64,000 nucleotides of DNA from Muribaculaceae bacterium (lineage in GTDB: Bacteria > Bacteroidota > Bacteroidia > Bacteroidales > Muribaculaceae). Below are positions 40,676 through 50,331 of the stretch, piece by piece. Position numbers and translations under genes: made by a program. The DNA lies in contig JAGAUN010000047.1 of assembly GCA_017620715.1 (NCBI GenBank), forward strand, positions 3,232 through 67,231, read 5' to 3'. Each line of letters begins with the position of its first letter. Within the stretch, counting starts at the first letter, position 1. Under the pieces are notes generated by a model, which did not search any database, was not told the origin of the DNA, and saw nothing but the letters and a program-made list of their open reading frames with translations.

Positions 40676-41716
40676 TCAGCGGCGTATGACCTTGGCGCCG
40701 GCCGAGGTGCGGCGTATATAGATACCCGCATCGGTGGGCTCCCCGCTGAGCCTCAAGCCCGAGATTGTGTAATATGTGGCGGGAAGCGAGGCCTCATCGT
40801 CGGCAACGCTTTCGATGGCGGCCGGCGTGTGGCGCGTAATAGTTATGGCGGTATTGTTGCCGTCAAGCACAATTTTCACATCGGCCTGCGTGCCGGCGGC
40901 GAGCCGTTCGTTCCCGGATGCGGGAGCGGCATCGGTGAGTGTGAACGGAGTGGCGGTGTTGTAGCCGTATATAAGCCCGTATTCTCGGCCCGATGTAACG
41001 ATGACGTCAGCTACATCTTTAGGCCCGAATATAAACGCCGGCATGTGGTATCCGTCGCTCTGGTAAGTGACTTTGAAGGGTGCTTCGGGCAGAGTCACCA
41101 GCGAGTTGTATTCCCCGTCGGTATCTCCCGCTTCGATAGTCACGGCATCGCCGTTGCTGTTTACGAGATAGAGGGCGCGTGGCTGTACACGACGCCCGGG
41201 GTCGGAGGAGTCAACAATCGAGAACATCTCGTAGTATTGCATCGGGCTGCTTCCGTCGGTCTGCAGCTGTCGGGTGAAGTAATGGATATTGTATGTGCCC
41301 GACTCGATGCTCATATAGCGTGTTTGCGTCTCGTTGTAGCTGTTGATTTTGTCGAGTGGGTTGAGGTATCGCATCAGAAGCGGTTGCTCGGCCCAGTCGG
41401 GGAGTGTGAGATAGTGCATCGACCAACTTTGGGTAAGTGCGTCGTATCCGGCGCCGTAAAACATAAATCCGCCGGTGGTGATTTCCACGCCCTCGGCCAC
41501 ATATCCGTTGTCGGTAAGGATGAGTGGTATGCTGTTGGTGTCGTCGAGCGATGTGGTTGACGGGAAGCGTCCGTCGGCCTGACGCAATACCAGCCGGGGA
41601 GTAAGGTTGCTTTGCAGACTCACGTTTATCGAATCGTTGCTCTGGGCTGCGGCTGTAGCCGAATAGGAGATTATTGCTACAGTGGCTAATGCTTTTGTGT
41701 AAGAATAAAGGTTCAT
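40676..41716 (-). CDS. Secreted hypothetical protein with T9SS-like C-terminal domain
   Basis: Signal peptide; beta-rich body; C-terminal AAIESV...YYTISGLRL...GIYIRR...KVI. Confidence 0.72.
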   Translation of the reverse strand: MNLYSYTKALATVAIISYSATAAAQSNDSINVSLQSNLTPRLVLRQADGRFPSTTSLDDTNSIPLILTDNGYVAEGVEITTGGFMFYGAGYDALTQSWSMHYLTLPDWAEQPLLMRYLNPLDKINSYNETQTRYMSIESGTYNIHYFTRQLQTDGSSPMQYYEMFSIVDSSDPGRRVQPRALYLVNSNGDAVTIEAGDTDGEYNSLVTLPEAPFKVTYQSDGYHMPAFIFGPKDVADVIVTSGREYGLIYGYNTATPFTLTDAAPASGNERLAAGTQADVKIVLDGNNTAITITRHTPAAIESVADDEASLPATYYTISGLRLSGEPTDAGIYIRRTSAGAKVIRR

Positions 41717-41778
41717 GACAATTAGTCGAAACAGGTTGAAGCCTCTACGGATATTAAGGTGGCCTGCTGTAGTGTATC

Positions 41779-41804
41779 AACGCCCGGACGTTATTTAATG
41801 TTCC
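41779..41804 (-). promoter_or_regulatory. ECF-sigma-type promoter GGAAC-N17-CGTT
   Basis: Minus strand reads ggaac-attaaataacgtccggg-cgtt. No TAnnTTTG box in this intergenic stretch. Confidence 0.45.
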
Positions 41805-41826
41805 CGAGCGGGGGCACATATGCAAA

Positions 41827-41861
41827 TGCCGACTTCGGGATAGCAGACCCCGAAGCCGGCA
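41827..41861 (-). terminator. Hairpin downstream of tpx
   Basis: Inverted repeat tgccgacttcggg...cccgaagccggca. Confidence 0.6.
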
Positions 41862-41876
41862 GGTGGAATCAGAAAG

Positions 41877-42380
41877 TTACTGCTTCAGTACGCTAAGAGC
41901 TGCGGCATAATCGGGCTCGTTGGTGATTTCCTCCACAAGCTCGCGATAGATTATGCGGCGGTTGCTGTCAATCACAATCACGGCGCGTGCCAGGAGTCCG
42001 GCCAAGGGGCCGTCGCATATCTGCACGCCGAATTTCTGGCCGAACAGAGGTGAGCGGAAAGCCGAGGCAAAGGTTACATTCTTGATATTTTCTAAGGTGC
42101 AGAAGCGGCCCATGGCAAAGGGGAGATCCATCGAAACGCAGATTACGACAGTGTCGGGCAGAGCTGCGGCCTCTTCGTTGAACCGGCGTACCGAACGTGC
42201 GCATACCTCAGTGTCAAGGCTCGGGAATATGTTGAGTACAACCTTCTTGCCGGCAAACTGGTCGCATTGTACCATTGAAAGGTCGGGGCCGGCGAGATGA
42301 TAGCAGGGGGCTTCTTCACCCACGAGCGGCATGCTGCCGTAAGTATGACAGGGTGTACCTTTGAAGTAGATAGTGTCCAT
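41877..42380 (-). CDS. tpx: Thiol peroxidase (atypical 2-Cys peroxiredoxin)
   Basis: NIFPSLDTEVC, SMDLPFAMGRFC, GLLARAV, EITNEPDY. Confidence 0.96.
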   Translation of the reverse strand: MDTIYFKGTPCHTYGSMPLVGEEAPCYHLAGPDLSMVQCDQFAGKKVVLNIFPSLDTEVCARSVRRFNEEAAALPDTVVICVSMDLPFAMGRFCTLENIKNVTFASAFRSPLFGQKFGVQICDGPLAGLLARAVIVIDSNRRIIYRELVEEITNEPDYAAALSVLKQ

Positions 42381-42429
42381 AGTAATAAGGAGATGACGTT
42401 GTTATAGAAAAATTAGAATAGTCTTAAAA

Positions 42430-43638
42430 TCAATGGGTGTCGAGCAACGATATCATTTGTATAACATCGGAGGCCATATCATTGTTGAAACCTACTATTA
42501 CATTTCTCACCACGGCGTCAGCGTCGCACAATACTACGGCGGGCAAGTCGGCGGCTCCGCAATCGCGCATCAACCCGCGGCCGCTCATCAGTATGTGCTC
42601 GCCCTCGCGGGGTTGGCCGGTGGCGGCTTCTACGGCGTCGATTTCCTTATCGGTGAACACCCAGAGGATGTCGAACGGCACGGGCGAACCGGCGGCTGCC
42701 GAGCGTAGCGCGTCTATCACCTGCGCGGTCATGGCGTCGGAGGCATTGAGAAATGCTACGGCGGTGGGGGCGCGGAAGGGGTCGTTGACACCGCGGCTGT
42801 ATCGCTCGCGCGTGGGTGTGACCAGCGCGAATCCCGGCAATCGGGTGCCCGGGAGCGACTGAATGTGGAAATTGTTCTGGCGCAGATTGGCAAATACATC
42901 GGGGTAAAGGTCTATCAGAGCGGCTTCGGTGAGGGTATCGATACCCGGGGTGTCAGACTCGGTGTATATAATCTCTACCGACTGCTCGGATATGGAGCCG
43001 GGGCTGTTCTCGTGCCTGATGCGCAGGGGGCGGCGTGTATCGCGCTCAAATATGTATTCGCTCTCTTTGGCCACTACACCATTATGCATCAGTACGGCAG
43101 AGAGGACGTCGACACGCCGGCCGTCGACCAATGTATCGGTATATGTGGTAATTGTGTATGCAGAGTCGGCGAGCATACGGTCTATCTCGTCGGCAATCGA
43201 GAAGGGGAGCAGGTCGACAAACTGAGCGGTGCACTGCACACCTTTGATGCCGTTGAGGTTGGGCTGAAACGGCGCCGTGTCGGCCGCCATGTGGTATTCC
43301 TGAAGGCGATGGCCGTTGTATCGGAAATGGTCGCCCGTACCGCAGTAAGCCGAAAATCCCTCTATCGGCGTCGGTGTGCCCGATGTGCTGTGCCATGACA
43401 CCAGATAATCGAGTCCGAGCAGAGTGTCGGCCAGATTGGGTATCTGGTTGAGATTTAGCGAGTAGACAACATCGTCGTTGAGTTGTGGCATGCTTACGGT
43501 GAAACAGGCCACGGCATGATAGGCGGCCGTGTTGTGCAGGGCGTCGGCTGCGTCACGGGCAGTAAAAGCGTGCGTCGATATGCCGCAGCTCGACAGCAGG
43601 GCGGTGAAGCATAAAAAGCGGTTGAGAGATAATGACAT
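42430..43638 (-). CDS. Exported hypothetical protein with C-terminal thioredoxin-like fold lacking CxxC
   Basis: Signal-like N-terminus; C-terminal LPGFAL...AVAF...LPAVVL..D..VRNVIVGF TlpA-like pattern. Confidence 0.6.
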   Translation of the reverse strand: MSLSLNRFLCFTALLSSCGISTHAFTARDAADALHNTAAYHAVACFTVSMPQLNDDVVYSLNLNQIPNLADTLLGLDYLVSWHSTSGTPTPIEGFSAYCGTGDHFRYNGHRLQEYHMAADTAPFQPNLNGIKGVQCTAQFVDLLPFSIADEIDRMLADSAYTITTYTDTLVDGRRVDVLSAVLMHNGVVAKESEYIFERDTRRPLRIRHENSPGSISEQSVEIIYTESDTPGIDTLTEAALIDLYPDVFANLRQNNFHIQSLPGTRLPGFALVTPTRERYSRGVNDPFRAPTAVAFLNASDAMTAQVIDALRSAAAGSPVPFDILWVFTDKEIDAVEAATGQPREGEHILMSGRGLMRDCGAADLPAVVLCDADAVVRNVIVGFNNDMASDVIQMISLLDTH

Positions 43639-43740
43639 TGCTATATGGTGATGAATATAATAATAACGTAAATGCAAGATGGAAAGTTTACCAACGTTTT
43701 TATATCTTTGCATAAGTAAAACTTTAACACTTCTCTTATC

Positions 43741-44718
43741 ATGAATACAAAGTCAAACATACCGCCTCTGATGTTTCGCCCGATACTGAAATCGGCTATA
43801 TGGGGCGGCGAACAGATAGCTCCTTTCAAAGGTATCACCACTGACCAGACCAAGGTTGGCGAGAGCTGGGAAATATCGGGTGTGCCCGGCAACGAGTCGA
43901 TTGTGCTCAACGGCCCCGATGCCGGCAAGTCGCTTCCCGAAATGATTGACGCTTACGGTGCAGAGCTGGTGGGCGCCGACAATATGATGCGGTTCGGCCG
44001 CAAGTTCCCCTTGCTTATAAAAATTATCGATGCTGCAGGCGATCTGTCGCTGCAGGTACATCCCGATGACGAACTTGCCAAGAAACGCCACAACTCTTTG
44101 GGCAAGACCGAGATGTGGTATATAGTGAAGACTGCTCCCGGCGCAAAGATTATTTCCGGTCTGTCAAAACAGCTCACCCCCGAAATTTATGAAAAGATTG
44201 GCGCTACCAACGAGATACTCGATTATGTGGCTACCCACGAGTCGCATCCCGGTGATGTATTTTTCCTCCCCGCAGGCCGTGTGCACGGCATAGGTGCCGG
44301 CAATCTGCTCGTTGAGGTACAGGAAACGAGCGACATCACCTATCGTATCAACGACTACGGCCGTCTCGATGCCAAAACCGGTCTCCCGCGCGAGCTGCAT
44401 GTAGAGCAGGCCAAGGATGCCATTGACTACACTGTGTATCCCGACTATGTGACCAAGCCGGGAGCCGAGCACGATGGTGTTACTCCTTTGGTGAAATGCG
44501 ACCATTTCGATGTGAGCCGCATAAAGGTTGCCGGCGAGAAGAAGCTCGACTTGCCCGACGACACATTCATGACTATGACTTGTATTGAGGGCGAGGCCAC
44601 TCTCACCGACGACCGCAACAACAGCGTGACCATAGCCCGCGGACAGAGTGTGCTTGTGCCCGCTATGGCTACCTCGGTGACTATAAAGGGCGATGCCATT
44701 TTTATTGTGGCAAAATAA
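43741..44718 (+). CDS. manA: Type I mannose-6-phosphate isomerase
   Basis: IWGG, GESWE, FPLLIK, LSLQVHP, GKTEMWY, GRVHGIG, EVQETSDITYR. Confidence 0.93.
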   Translation: MNTKSNIPPLMFRPILKSAIWGGEQIAPFKGITTDQTKVGESWEISGVPGNESIVLNGPDAGKSLPEMIDAYGAELVGADNMMRFGRKFPLLIKIIDAAGDLSLQVHPDDELAKKRHNSLGKTEMWYIVKTAPGAKIISGLSKQLTPEIYEKIGATNEILDYVATHESHPGDVFFLPAGRVHGIGAGNLLVEVQETSDITYRINDYGRLDAKTGLPRELHVEQAKDAIDYTVYPDYVTKPGAEHDGVTPLVKCDHFDVSRIKVAGEKKLDLPDDTFMTMTCIEGEATLTDDRNNSVTIARGQSVLVPAMATSVTIKGDAIFIVAK

Positions 44719-44739
44719 ATTATATTACCCCTATACGAA

Positions 44740-44775
44740 CGGAGGCAGACACTTATAGTTGAGTGTCTGCCTCCG
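44740..44775. terminator. Hairpin between convergent manA and phosphorylase
   Basis: Inverted repeat cggaggcagacact...agtgtctgcctccg. Confidence 0.7.
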
Positions 44776-44791
44776 GTGCGTTATGAGGTGT

Positions 44792-45667
44792 TTAGATGCG
44801 GTCGAGTACGGTGCCTATAAGGTCGTGTATGGCAGTTTTGTAGTTGGGGGTGGCGTCGTTGCGCACGCGGTTGGCTATAATAGAGCATACGGTCATTGCC
44901 TTGTGCCCCATGAGTCGGCTTAAGCCCTGCAAGGGAGCGCTTTCCATCTCGTAATTGGTGATTTTGCGCGAACCGTAGCGGAAGGCTTCGATGTGTCGGT
45001 TGAGGTCGGGGTTGGCTAAAGGCAGGCGAAGTTCGCGACCCTGAGGCCCGTAGAAACCTACGGCCGAGATGGTGTTTCCGCGCACCATGTCGTTGCCGCC
45101 AATCTTCTCCACCAGGTGCTCGTCGGCGTTCACAATATAAGGTTTGGCCCAGAGGGGATTCCAGCCTACGGCGTCGCAAAATGCGTGTTCCATGTCGAGG
45201 TCGGCCACATCGTTGCGGCCGGCGTAATAGTTGAGCACGCCGTCAAAGCCTATAGCCTTCTCGGCTATCACGGGGGTGCCTAATTTGAGTTCGGGCTGCA
45301 AAGCTCCCGAGGTGCCTATGCGCACCATGTGCAGGGTGCGGTGCTCGGGTTTCACCTCGCGGGTATTGAAGTCGATATTGGCCAAAGCGTCGAGCTCGTT
45401 GATGACTATGTCGATATTGTCGGGCCCAATGCCGTGGCTGAGACACATTATGGGTTTTCCGCGGTATACACCACCAATGGTGTGAAACTCGCGCGACTGT
45501 ACTTCAAAGGTCTTGGCGTCGAAGAATGAGGCAACCATGTTAACACGGGCCGGGTCGCCTACGAGTATTATGCGGTCGGTGAGCTGTTCGGGCAACAAGT
45601 GCAGATGAAATACCGAGCCATCGGGGTTGATGATGAGTTCGGAAGGAGCTATGATTTTTTTATCCAT
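44792..45667 (-). CDS. Nucleoside phosphorylase (uridine phosphorylase-like, NP-I family)
   Basis: VGDPARV, REF, SHGIG, RIGTSG, FYGPQGR, NYEMES. Start at MDKKII. Confidence 0.88.
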   Translation of the reverse strand: MDKKIIAPSELIINPDGSVFHLHLLPEQLTDRIILVGDPARVNMVASFFDAKTFEVQSREFHTIGGVYRGKPIMCLSHGIGPDNIDIVINELDALANIDFNTREVKPEHRTLHMVRIGTSGALQPELKLGTPVIAEKAIGFDGVLNYYAGRNDVADLDMEHAFCDAVGWNPLWAKPYIVNADEHLVEKIGGNDMVRGNTISAVGFYGPQGRELRLPLANPDLNRHIEAFRYGSRKITNYEMESAPLQGLSRLMGHKAMTVCSIIANRVRNDATPNYKTAIHDLIGTVLDRI

Positions 45668-45740
45668 TGTGTTAGGGGTTATGAGGTGACTATACTTGCA
45701 AAACAATTTATACTGTGCTATGGTTGCGCTGTGCCGAAAC

Positions 45741-46853
45741 TCATGCCGTGCGGTATTTGCCTCCGGGAAAGAGGCGCACGAGGTTGCGGAACTCCATATC
45801 TATGAGTATCGACATGAGTTTGCCGGCCGGTATGTCGAGCTGTACGGAAATGGTGTTTACCTGGCTGTCGGGCTTTTGGGTGAGGAATTCCATGATTGCT
45901 TCTTCCTCGGGGGTGAGTTCGGGGAAGAGGGAGGGTGTTTGCGGTTCGGGTTCCCTTACGGCCCATCGCATGGCCTGCGTCACGTCGGCGGCGCACGATA
46001 CGAGCATTGCCATGTTGGAGGCAATGAGGCTGTTGCATCCGCGACTGTAGCGGTCGGAGGTGCGGCCCGGCAATGCGAATACATCGCGCGAATAGTCACC
46101 GGCAAGTCGTGCGGTGACGAGTGCACCGCCTCTGTCGGCGCTTTCGGCCACTATCGTACAGTCGGCGAGGCCGGCTATTATACGGTTTCGCGCCAGGAAG
46201 TTGCCTTTATGAATCTGTTCCGACGAAAGATAATCGGTGAGAAGCATACCGCCCTGATGTATGATGTCGGTGGCGAGCTGCCGATGGGCCGCGGGGTAGA
46301 TAGTGTTGAGGCCGTGGGCCAATACTCCTACCGTGGGGAGTTTGTTCTGAAGAGCGGCCACGTGAGCTGTGGAATCGGCACCGTAAGCCAGTCCGCTCAC
46401 TATCACAGGCGGTTCGGCAAGTGTAGAGGCGAAGTCGACCACGCAGTCGCGTATGAAATCGGCTCCGTAGGGTGTGACATGCCGGGTGCCTACTATTGAT
46501 ATGACGTAGCGCGAGTTGAGGTCGCAGTTGCCGAGGGTGTAGATCATAAGTGGCGCGTCGGGAATCTCGGTGAGGCGGCGGGGGTAGTCGGCATCGGTGA
46601 AGTATACCGGCCTGATATTGTATGAGGCAATGAAGTCGCACTCGCGGCGGGCACGTTCGAGCAACCCGTTGCGATAGTCTTGGTCGAAGAGCCGGTTGCG
46701 ACGGCTCATGATGGCGCCGAGTGATGTTGCCGATGCTTCAAAAAATGCCTTTTCGCTGCCGGTGAGGGCGAGAATTTCGTTGGCGAGTGCGGGCGTGAGG
46801 CTGCGCAGCGATGCAAACGCTATGCGGTAAGGCAAGTCCTGACTGTCGGGCAT
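45741..46853 (-). CDS. dprA: DNA-processing protein DprA
   Basis: YP..L..I.DAP, IVGTR, VSGLAYGAD, FLARNRIIAG, GGALVTA, FALPG, GCN; C-terminal wHTH. Confidence 0.95.
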   Translation of the reverse strand: MPDSQDLPYRIAFASLRSLTPALANEILALTGSEKAFFEASATSLGAIMSRRNRLFDQDYRNGLLERARRECDFIASYNIRPVYFTDADYPRRLTEIPDAPLMIYTLGNCDLNSRYVISIVGTRHVTPYGADFIRDCVVDFASTLAEPPVIVSGLAYGADSTAHVAALQNKLPTVGVLAHGLNTIYPAAHRQLATDIIHQGGMLLTDYLSSEQIHKGNFLARNRIIAGLADCTIVAESADRGGALVTARLAGDYSRDVFALPGRTSDRYSRGCNSLIASNMAMLVSCAADVTQAMRWAVREPEPQTPSLFPELTPEEEAIMEFLTQKPDSQVNTISVQLDIPAGKLMSILIDMEFRNLVRLFPGGKYRTA

Positions 46854-46877
46854 GGGCGGATGCTGTTGTGAGGGGCG

Positions 46878-47291
46878 TCAGAAGTATTTCGATAACGTTG
46901 CCGCCAACTCATCGCCGCGGCACAGATGCCCGTGGTCGAGACATACCACTGTGACCTTGGCCGTGATGATGTGAACGCCTTCTTCCGAGAAGATATCCTG
47001 CTTGAAGAGGAAGCGCGGGCCTTTGCGCTCGGCCTTGAGTTTGCTCACAAATTCCTGCCCGAGAAGCAGTGAGTGGAGATATTCGATCTCAACCTTGCGC
47101 ACCACCGGATCGAGTCCGCGCGCATGAAGTTCGCGGAACGGTACGCCCTCTACGCGGCAGAATTCGTGACGGGTGTGCTCGAGATAGTGCAGGTATACTG
47201 CGTTGTTGACTATGCCTTGCGAATCTACTTCGTAGTCGCGTACGCGCATGGTCATTTCAAAAATATAATCTGATGAATCGTTTTTTTGCAT
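46878..47291 (-). CDS. 4HBT/YbgC-family acyl-CoA thioesterase
   Basis: VRDYEVDSQGIVNNAVYLHYLEH hotdog motif. Confidence 0.9.
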   Translation of the reverse strand: MQKNDSSDYIFEMTMRVRDYEVDSQGIVNNAVYLHYLEHTRHEFCRVEGVPFRELHARGLDPVVRKVEIEYLHSLLLGQEFVSKLKAERKGPRFLFKQDIFSEEGVHIITAKVTVVCLDHGHLCRGDELAATLSKYF

Positions 47292-47365
47292 AACATCGTA
47301 AATTTAGTTCTTTCTCCATTATTTCTCAAATAATATTGCTATTTTCGCATATAAATAGCTCAATT

Positions 47366-47755
47366 ATGCACATCGTCAAGTTTTTCTGTGTTTTGCTCTG
47401 CGTAGCGGCTGTGAGCTGTCAGAGCACGTCGGGCCGCATAGCCGATGCGGTTGAAGAGGCTTCCGGGCAATGTCCGGTAGAGCTGAGTTACGGGGTGATG
47501 CTCCGGAATATATCGCTGAGCCCGAATGGTGATGTGTGTTTTGAAATTGACGCTCCCGGCAGCTACTCCGATTCGGCTCTGATGGCACAGACCCTTGCGG
47601 CGCCGGAATTTCAGTCGTACTGGCTCGAGCAGATACTTCCGAGCAATGCCAATGCCGAGTTTATCGAGGCGGTGAAGAGTCAGGGCGCAGCCTTTGTTTT
47701 TGAATTCACTACGAGCGACGGTAAGAAAGTAACCCAACGCATCCAGCCCAAATGA
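47366..47755 (+). CDS. Hypothetical lipoprotein
   Basis: Lipobox AVSC; start at MHIVKFF. Confidence 0.7.
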   Translation: MHIVKFFCVLLCVAAVSCQSTSGRIADAVEEASGQCPVELSYGVMLRNISLSPNGDVCFEIDAPGSYSDSALMAQTLAAPEFQSYWLEQILPSNANAEFIEAVKSQGAAFVFEFTTSDGKKVTQRIQPK

Positions 47756-48144
47756 AGCGATTGTGCATATATCTGATTGTAGCCCTGGTGGCGATAGCCA
47801 CGGGCGCTTGTGCGGGAAATGAATTTCAGCGTGAGATTGACAACGCCAACTCCCATTGTCCGCAGACCGTAGCTCCGGGTATAGTGATGCAGTCGGTGAG
47901 CAGTTACGACGGGTATATCGTTTACCGCTATTATGTAGATGAGTCGTTGGTCGACCTTCAGGCTTTGGATTACTCCATACAGTCAAAGGAATATCTCAAG
48001 GCGGTTGTCCGTCAACTTAAGGAGACCGAGTACGGCCGCCACTTCATATCATTGGCTAAGGAACGTGATTTAGGGATGAAAACCGTGTTTGACGGCTCGC
48101 GGGGAGCGAAGCTGGAAGCCGTTATAGAAGCGTCAGAGCTGTAG
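47752..48144 (+). CDS. Hypothetical lipoprotein, likely paralog of the upstream gene
   Basis: Lipobox TGAC; shared CP-x5-G pattern; ATGA overlap with the upstream gene. Confidence 0.7.
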   Translation: MKRLCIYLIVALVAIATGACAGNEFQREIDNANSHCPQTVAPGIVMQSVSSYDGYIVYRYYVDESLVDLQALDYSIQSKEYLKAVVRQLKETEYGRHFISLAKERDLGMKTVFDGSRGAKLEAVIEASEL

Positions 48145-48928
48145 TGCGGCTCGCATCGATTAGATGCGGATAGTGGGCGTCGCTGTTCACTACCATACGC
48201 ACGCCTCTGCGCTTTAGCTCGGGCCAGTAACGCCGCGAGGGGAAGAAACGGCCGTGGTCGTTGTATGCCTTGGTATTGATTTCAACCACCACCCCTGCAT
48301 CGGTTATCAAGTCGATGAGCTTGGCTACCCGAGCCGCATACCACGGTTCATTCTCTATGCCCGTGCGGTAAAGCGAAGCATTATGCCCTATCTTGTCGAA
48401 ATGGCCCAATATGTCGAACCCGCCTGCTTCAATCAAGGCCATTGACTGGTCGTAAAATTTGTCGACCACATACCGTATGTCGTTGCGGAAATGCTGCTCC
48501 ATGTTGCGGCTGAATCGCTGGAAGCTGCCGTCAATGTCAATCAGCTCGCCATCTTGCGACGGGATGAAGTGCACCGAGCCAATTATCACATCAAGACCGA
48601 GTGAGGCAAAATACTCGTTGGCGGGGCCCCAGTTGTCGGAAAGATAGTCTACTTCCATTCCCGATAGCAACTGTACCCGGTCGCCGTAAATACCGCGCAA
48701 ACGCTCCACTTCCAACAAAAACGCAGGCACATCGGAGAACTTCATATTGCATGGCGACTCAATGGGAACCGGGCTGTGGGGTGTGAACGCGTAGTGCGAG
48801 AAACCGGCCTCGGCAGCAGCCTTGGCAAAATCTTCCATAGGCGCATGTCCGTCGCAAAATTGAGTGTGGGAGTGCAGATTATAGGGTATGTCGCTTCGGA
48901 GTTGCGAGAATAAGGTGCTTAGTGTCAT
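48122..48928 (-). CDS. PHP-family histidinol-phosphatase-like protein
   Basis: HSHTQFCDGH, TPHSP, GMEVDY, GSVH, GHFDK, EINT, NSDAH. Confidence 0.9.
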   Translation of the reverse strand: MTLSTLFSQLRSDIPYNLHSHTQFCDGHAPMEDFAKAAAEAGFSHYAFTPHSPVPIESPCNMKFSDVPAFLLEVERLRGIYGDRVQLLSGMEVDYLSDNWGPANEYFASLGLDVIIGSVHFIPSQDGELIDIDGSFQRFSRNMEQHFRNDIRYVVDKFYDQSMALIEAGGFDILGHFDKIGHNASLYRTGIENEPWYAARVAKLIDLITDAGVVVEINTKAYNDHGRFFPSRRYWPELKRRGVRMVVNSDAHYPHLIDASRTTALTLL

Positions 48929-50331
48929 GCTTTTTTCTTAAAGAAAACAATTGCAAGAGCGAGAGTGAATGTACCCGATATGGCAAGTGATACTATACGG
49001 TCTAAGCCGAATCCCTCGGGCGTGGGAGCCGAGAGCAGGTAAGTTGAGGTGACGGCTGTCATAAACAGGGCCGGCACAAGTGATATGATATAGGGCTTGC
49101 CTTTGCGCGCCAGGTAAACGGATATGGCCCAAAGCGTAAACACGGCAAGCGTCTGGTTGCTCCACGCAAAATACCGCCAGAGCACGTTGAAATCGATGAG
49201 CATTATCAGCGCTACAACGGCTATGAGCGGAAATGCCACCATCATGCGCGGCCAGAGACGTTTCTGGCGGATATTCATAAAGTCGGCCACAGTGAGACGG
49301 GCGCTGCGCAATGCGGTATCGCCGGTGGTGATGGGTGCTACTATCACGCCGAGTATGGCAAGGATACCTCCGAATGAGCCGAGCCACTTGAAAGATATGT
49401 CGTGTACGAGAGAGCCGGGCGAATGGCCGGGGGCGGCGAGGTAGTCCGACAGTTCGGAGTATCCGTGAGTGAAAGCAACTGCGGCTGCGGCCCATATCAG
49501 TGCTACGATTCCCTCGGCTACCATAGCACCGTAGAACACAGGGCGCGCCAGTTTCTCGTTCTTGAGGCAACGTGCCATCATGGGCGACTGTGTGGCGTGA
49601 AAGCCTGAAATGGCTCCGCAGGCTATGCTTACAAACATCATAGGGAAGATGGGCGAGGAGTTGCGGCTCTGAAAGCCGTCGGCAAACGATACCGGTATTT
49701 TCTCGTCGCCAAAAAGCAACACGCCCAACAGGCCTACGGCCATAAACAGCAGGGCGAAGCCGAACACCGGATATAAATTGCCTATGAGTTTGTCGATGGG
49801 CAGCAGTGTGGCCAATATATAGTAGCCGAATATCACGCATGTCCAGATTGTGACGTCGAGCCAGTCGGGAGTCATAGACGAAAGCAGGCCGGCAGGTGTC
49901 ACTACGAATACGGCAGTGACGAGCATGAGCAGCAGCACTGAGAAGCCGCGCATGAGTTGCTTTATGCCGTTGCCTAACTCCGAGCCTACAATCTCGGGCA
50001 GCGAGGCACCTCCCATACGAAGCGATATTACGCCTGAGAAATAGTCGTGCACTCCGCCGGCAAATATGGTGCCCAGAGCTATCCACAGAAAAGCGGCCGG
50101 CCCGAACATTATGCCCATTATGGCGCCGAAAATCGGCCCCAGGCCTGCTATGTTGAGGAACTGGATGAGGAATACGCGCCATGTGGCCATGGGTCGGTAA
50201 TCCACATCGTCGCGTTTGGTATATGCGGGCACATCATTGCTTTTAGAGGTGCCGAAAAGGCGGTCTACCAGATAGCCGTAGCCTATGTAACCTACTATGA
50301 GTATGGCGAGTGAGATGAGGAATGCTGTCAT
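48925..50331 (-). CDS. cstA: Carbon starvation protein A family transporter
   Basis: QFLNIAGLGPIFG, GGVHDY, IACGAISGFHATQSP, TTGDTALRSAR, FAWSNQ. Confidence 0.93.
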   Translation of the reverse strand: MTAFLISLAILIVGYIGYGYLVDRLFGTSKSNDVPAYTKRDDVDYRPMATWRVFLIQFLNIAGLGPIFGAIMGIMFGPAAFLWIALGTIFAGGVHDYFSGVISLRMGGASLPEIVGSELGNGIKQLMRGFSVLLLMLVTAVFVVTPAGLLSSMTPDWLDVTIWTCVIFGYYILATLLPIDKLIGNLYPVFGFALLFMAVGLLGVLLFGDEKIPVSFADGFQSRNSSPIFPMMFVSIACGAISGFHATQSPMMARCLKNEKLARPVFYGAMVAEGIVALIWAAAAVAFTHGYSELSDYLAAPGHSPGSLVHDISFKWLGSFGGILAILGVIVAPITTGDTALRSARLTVADFMNIRQKRLWPRMMVAFPLIAVVALIMLIDFNVLWRYFAWSNQTLAVFTLWAISVYLARKGKPYIISLVPALFMTAVTSTYLLSAPTPEGFGLDRIVSLAISGTFTLALAIVFFKKKA

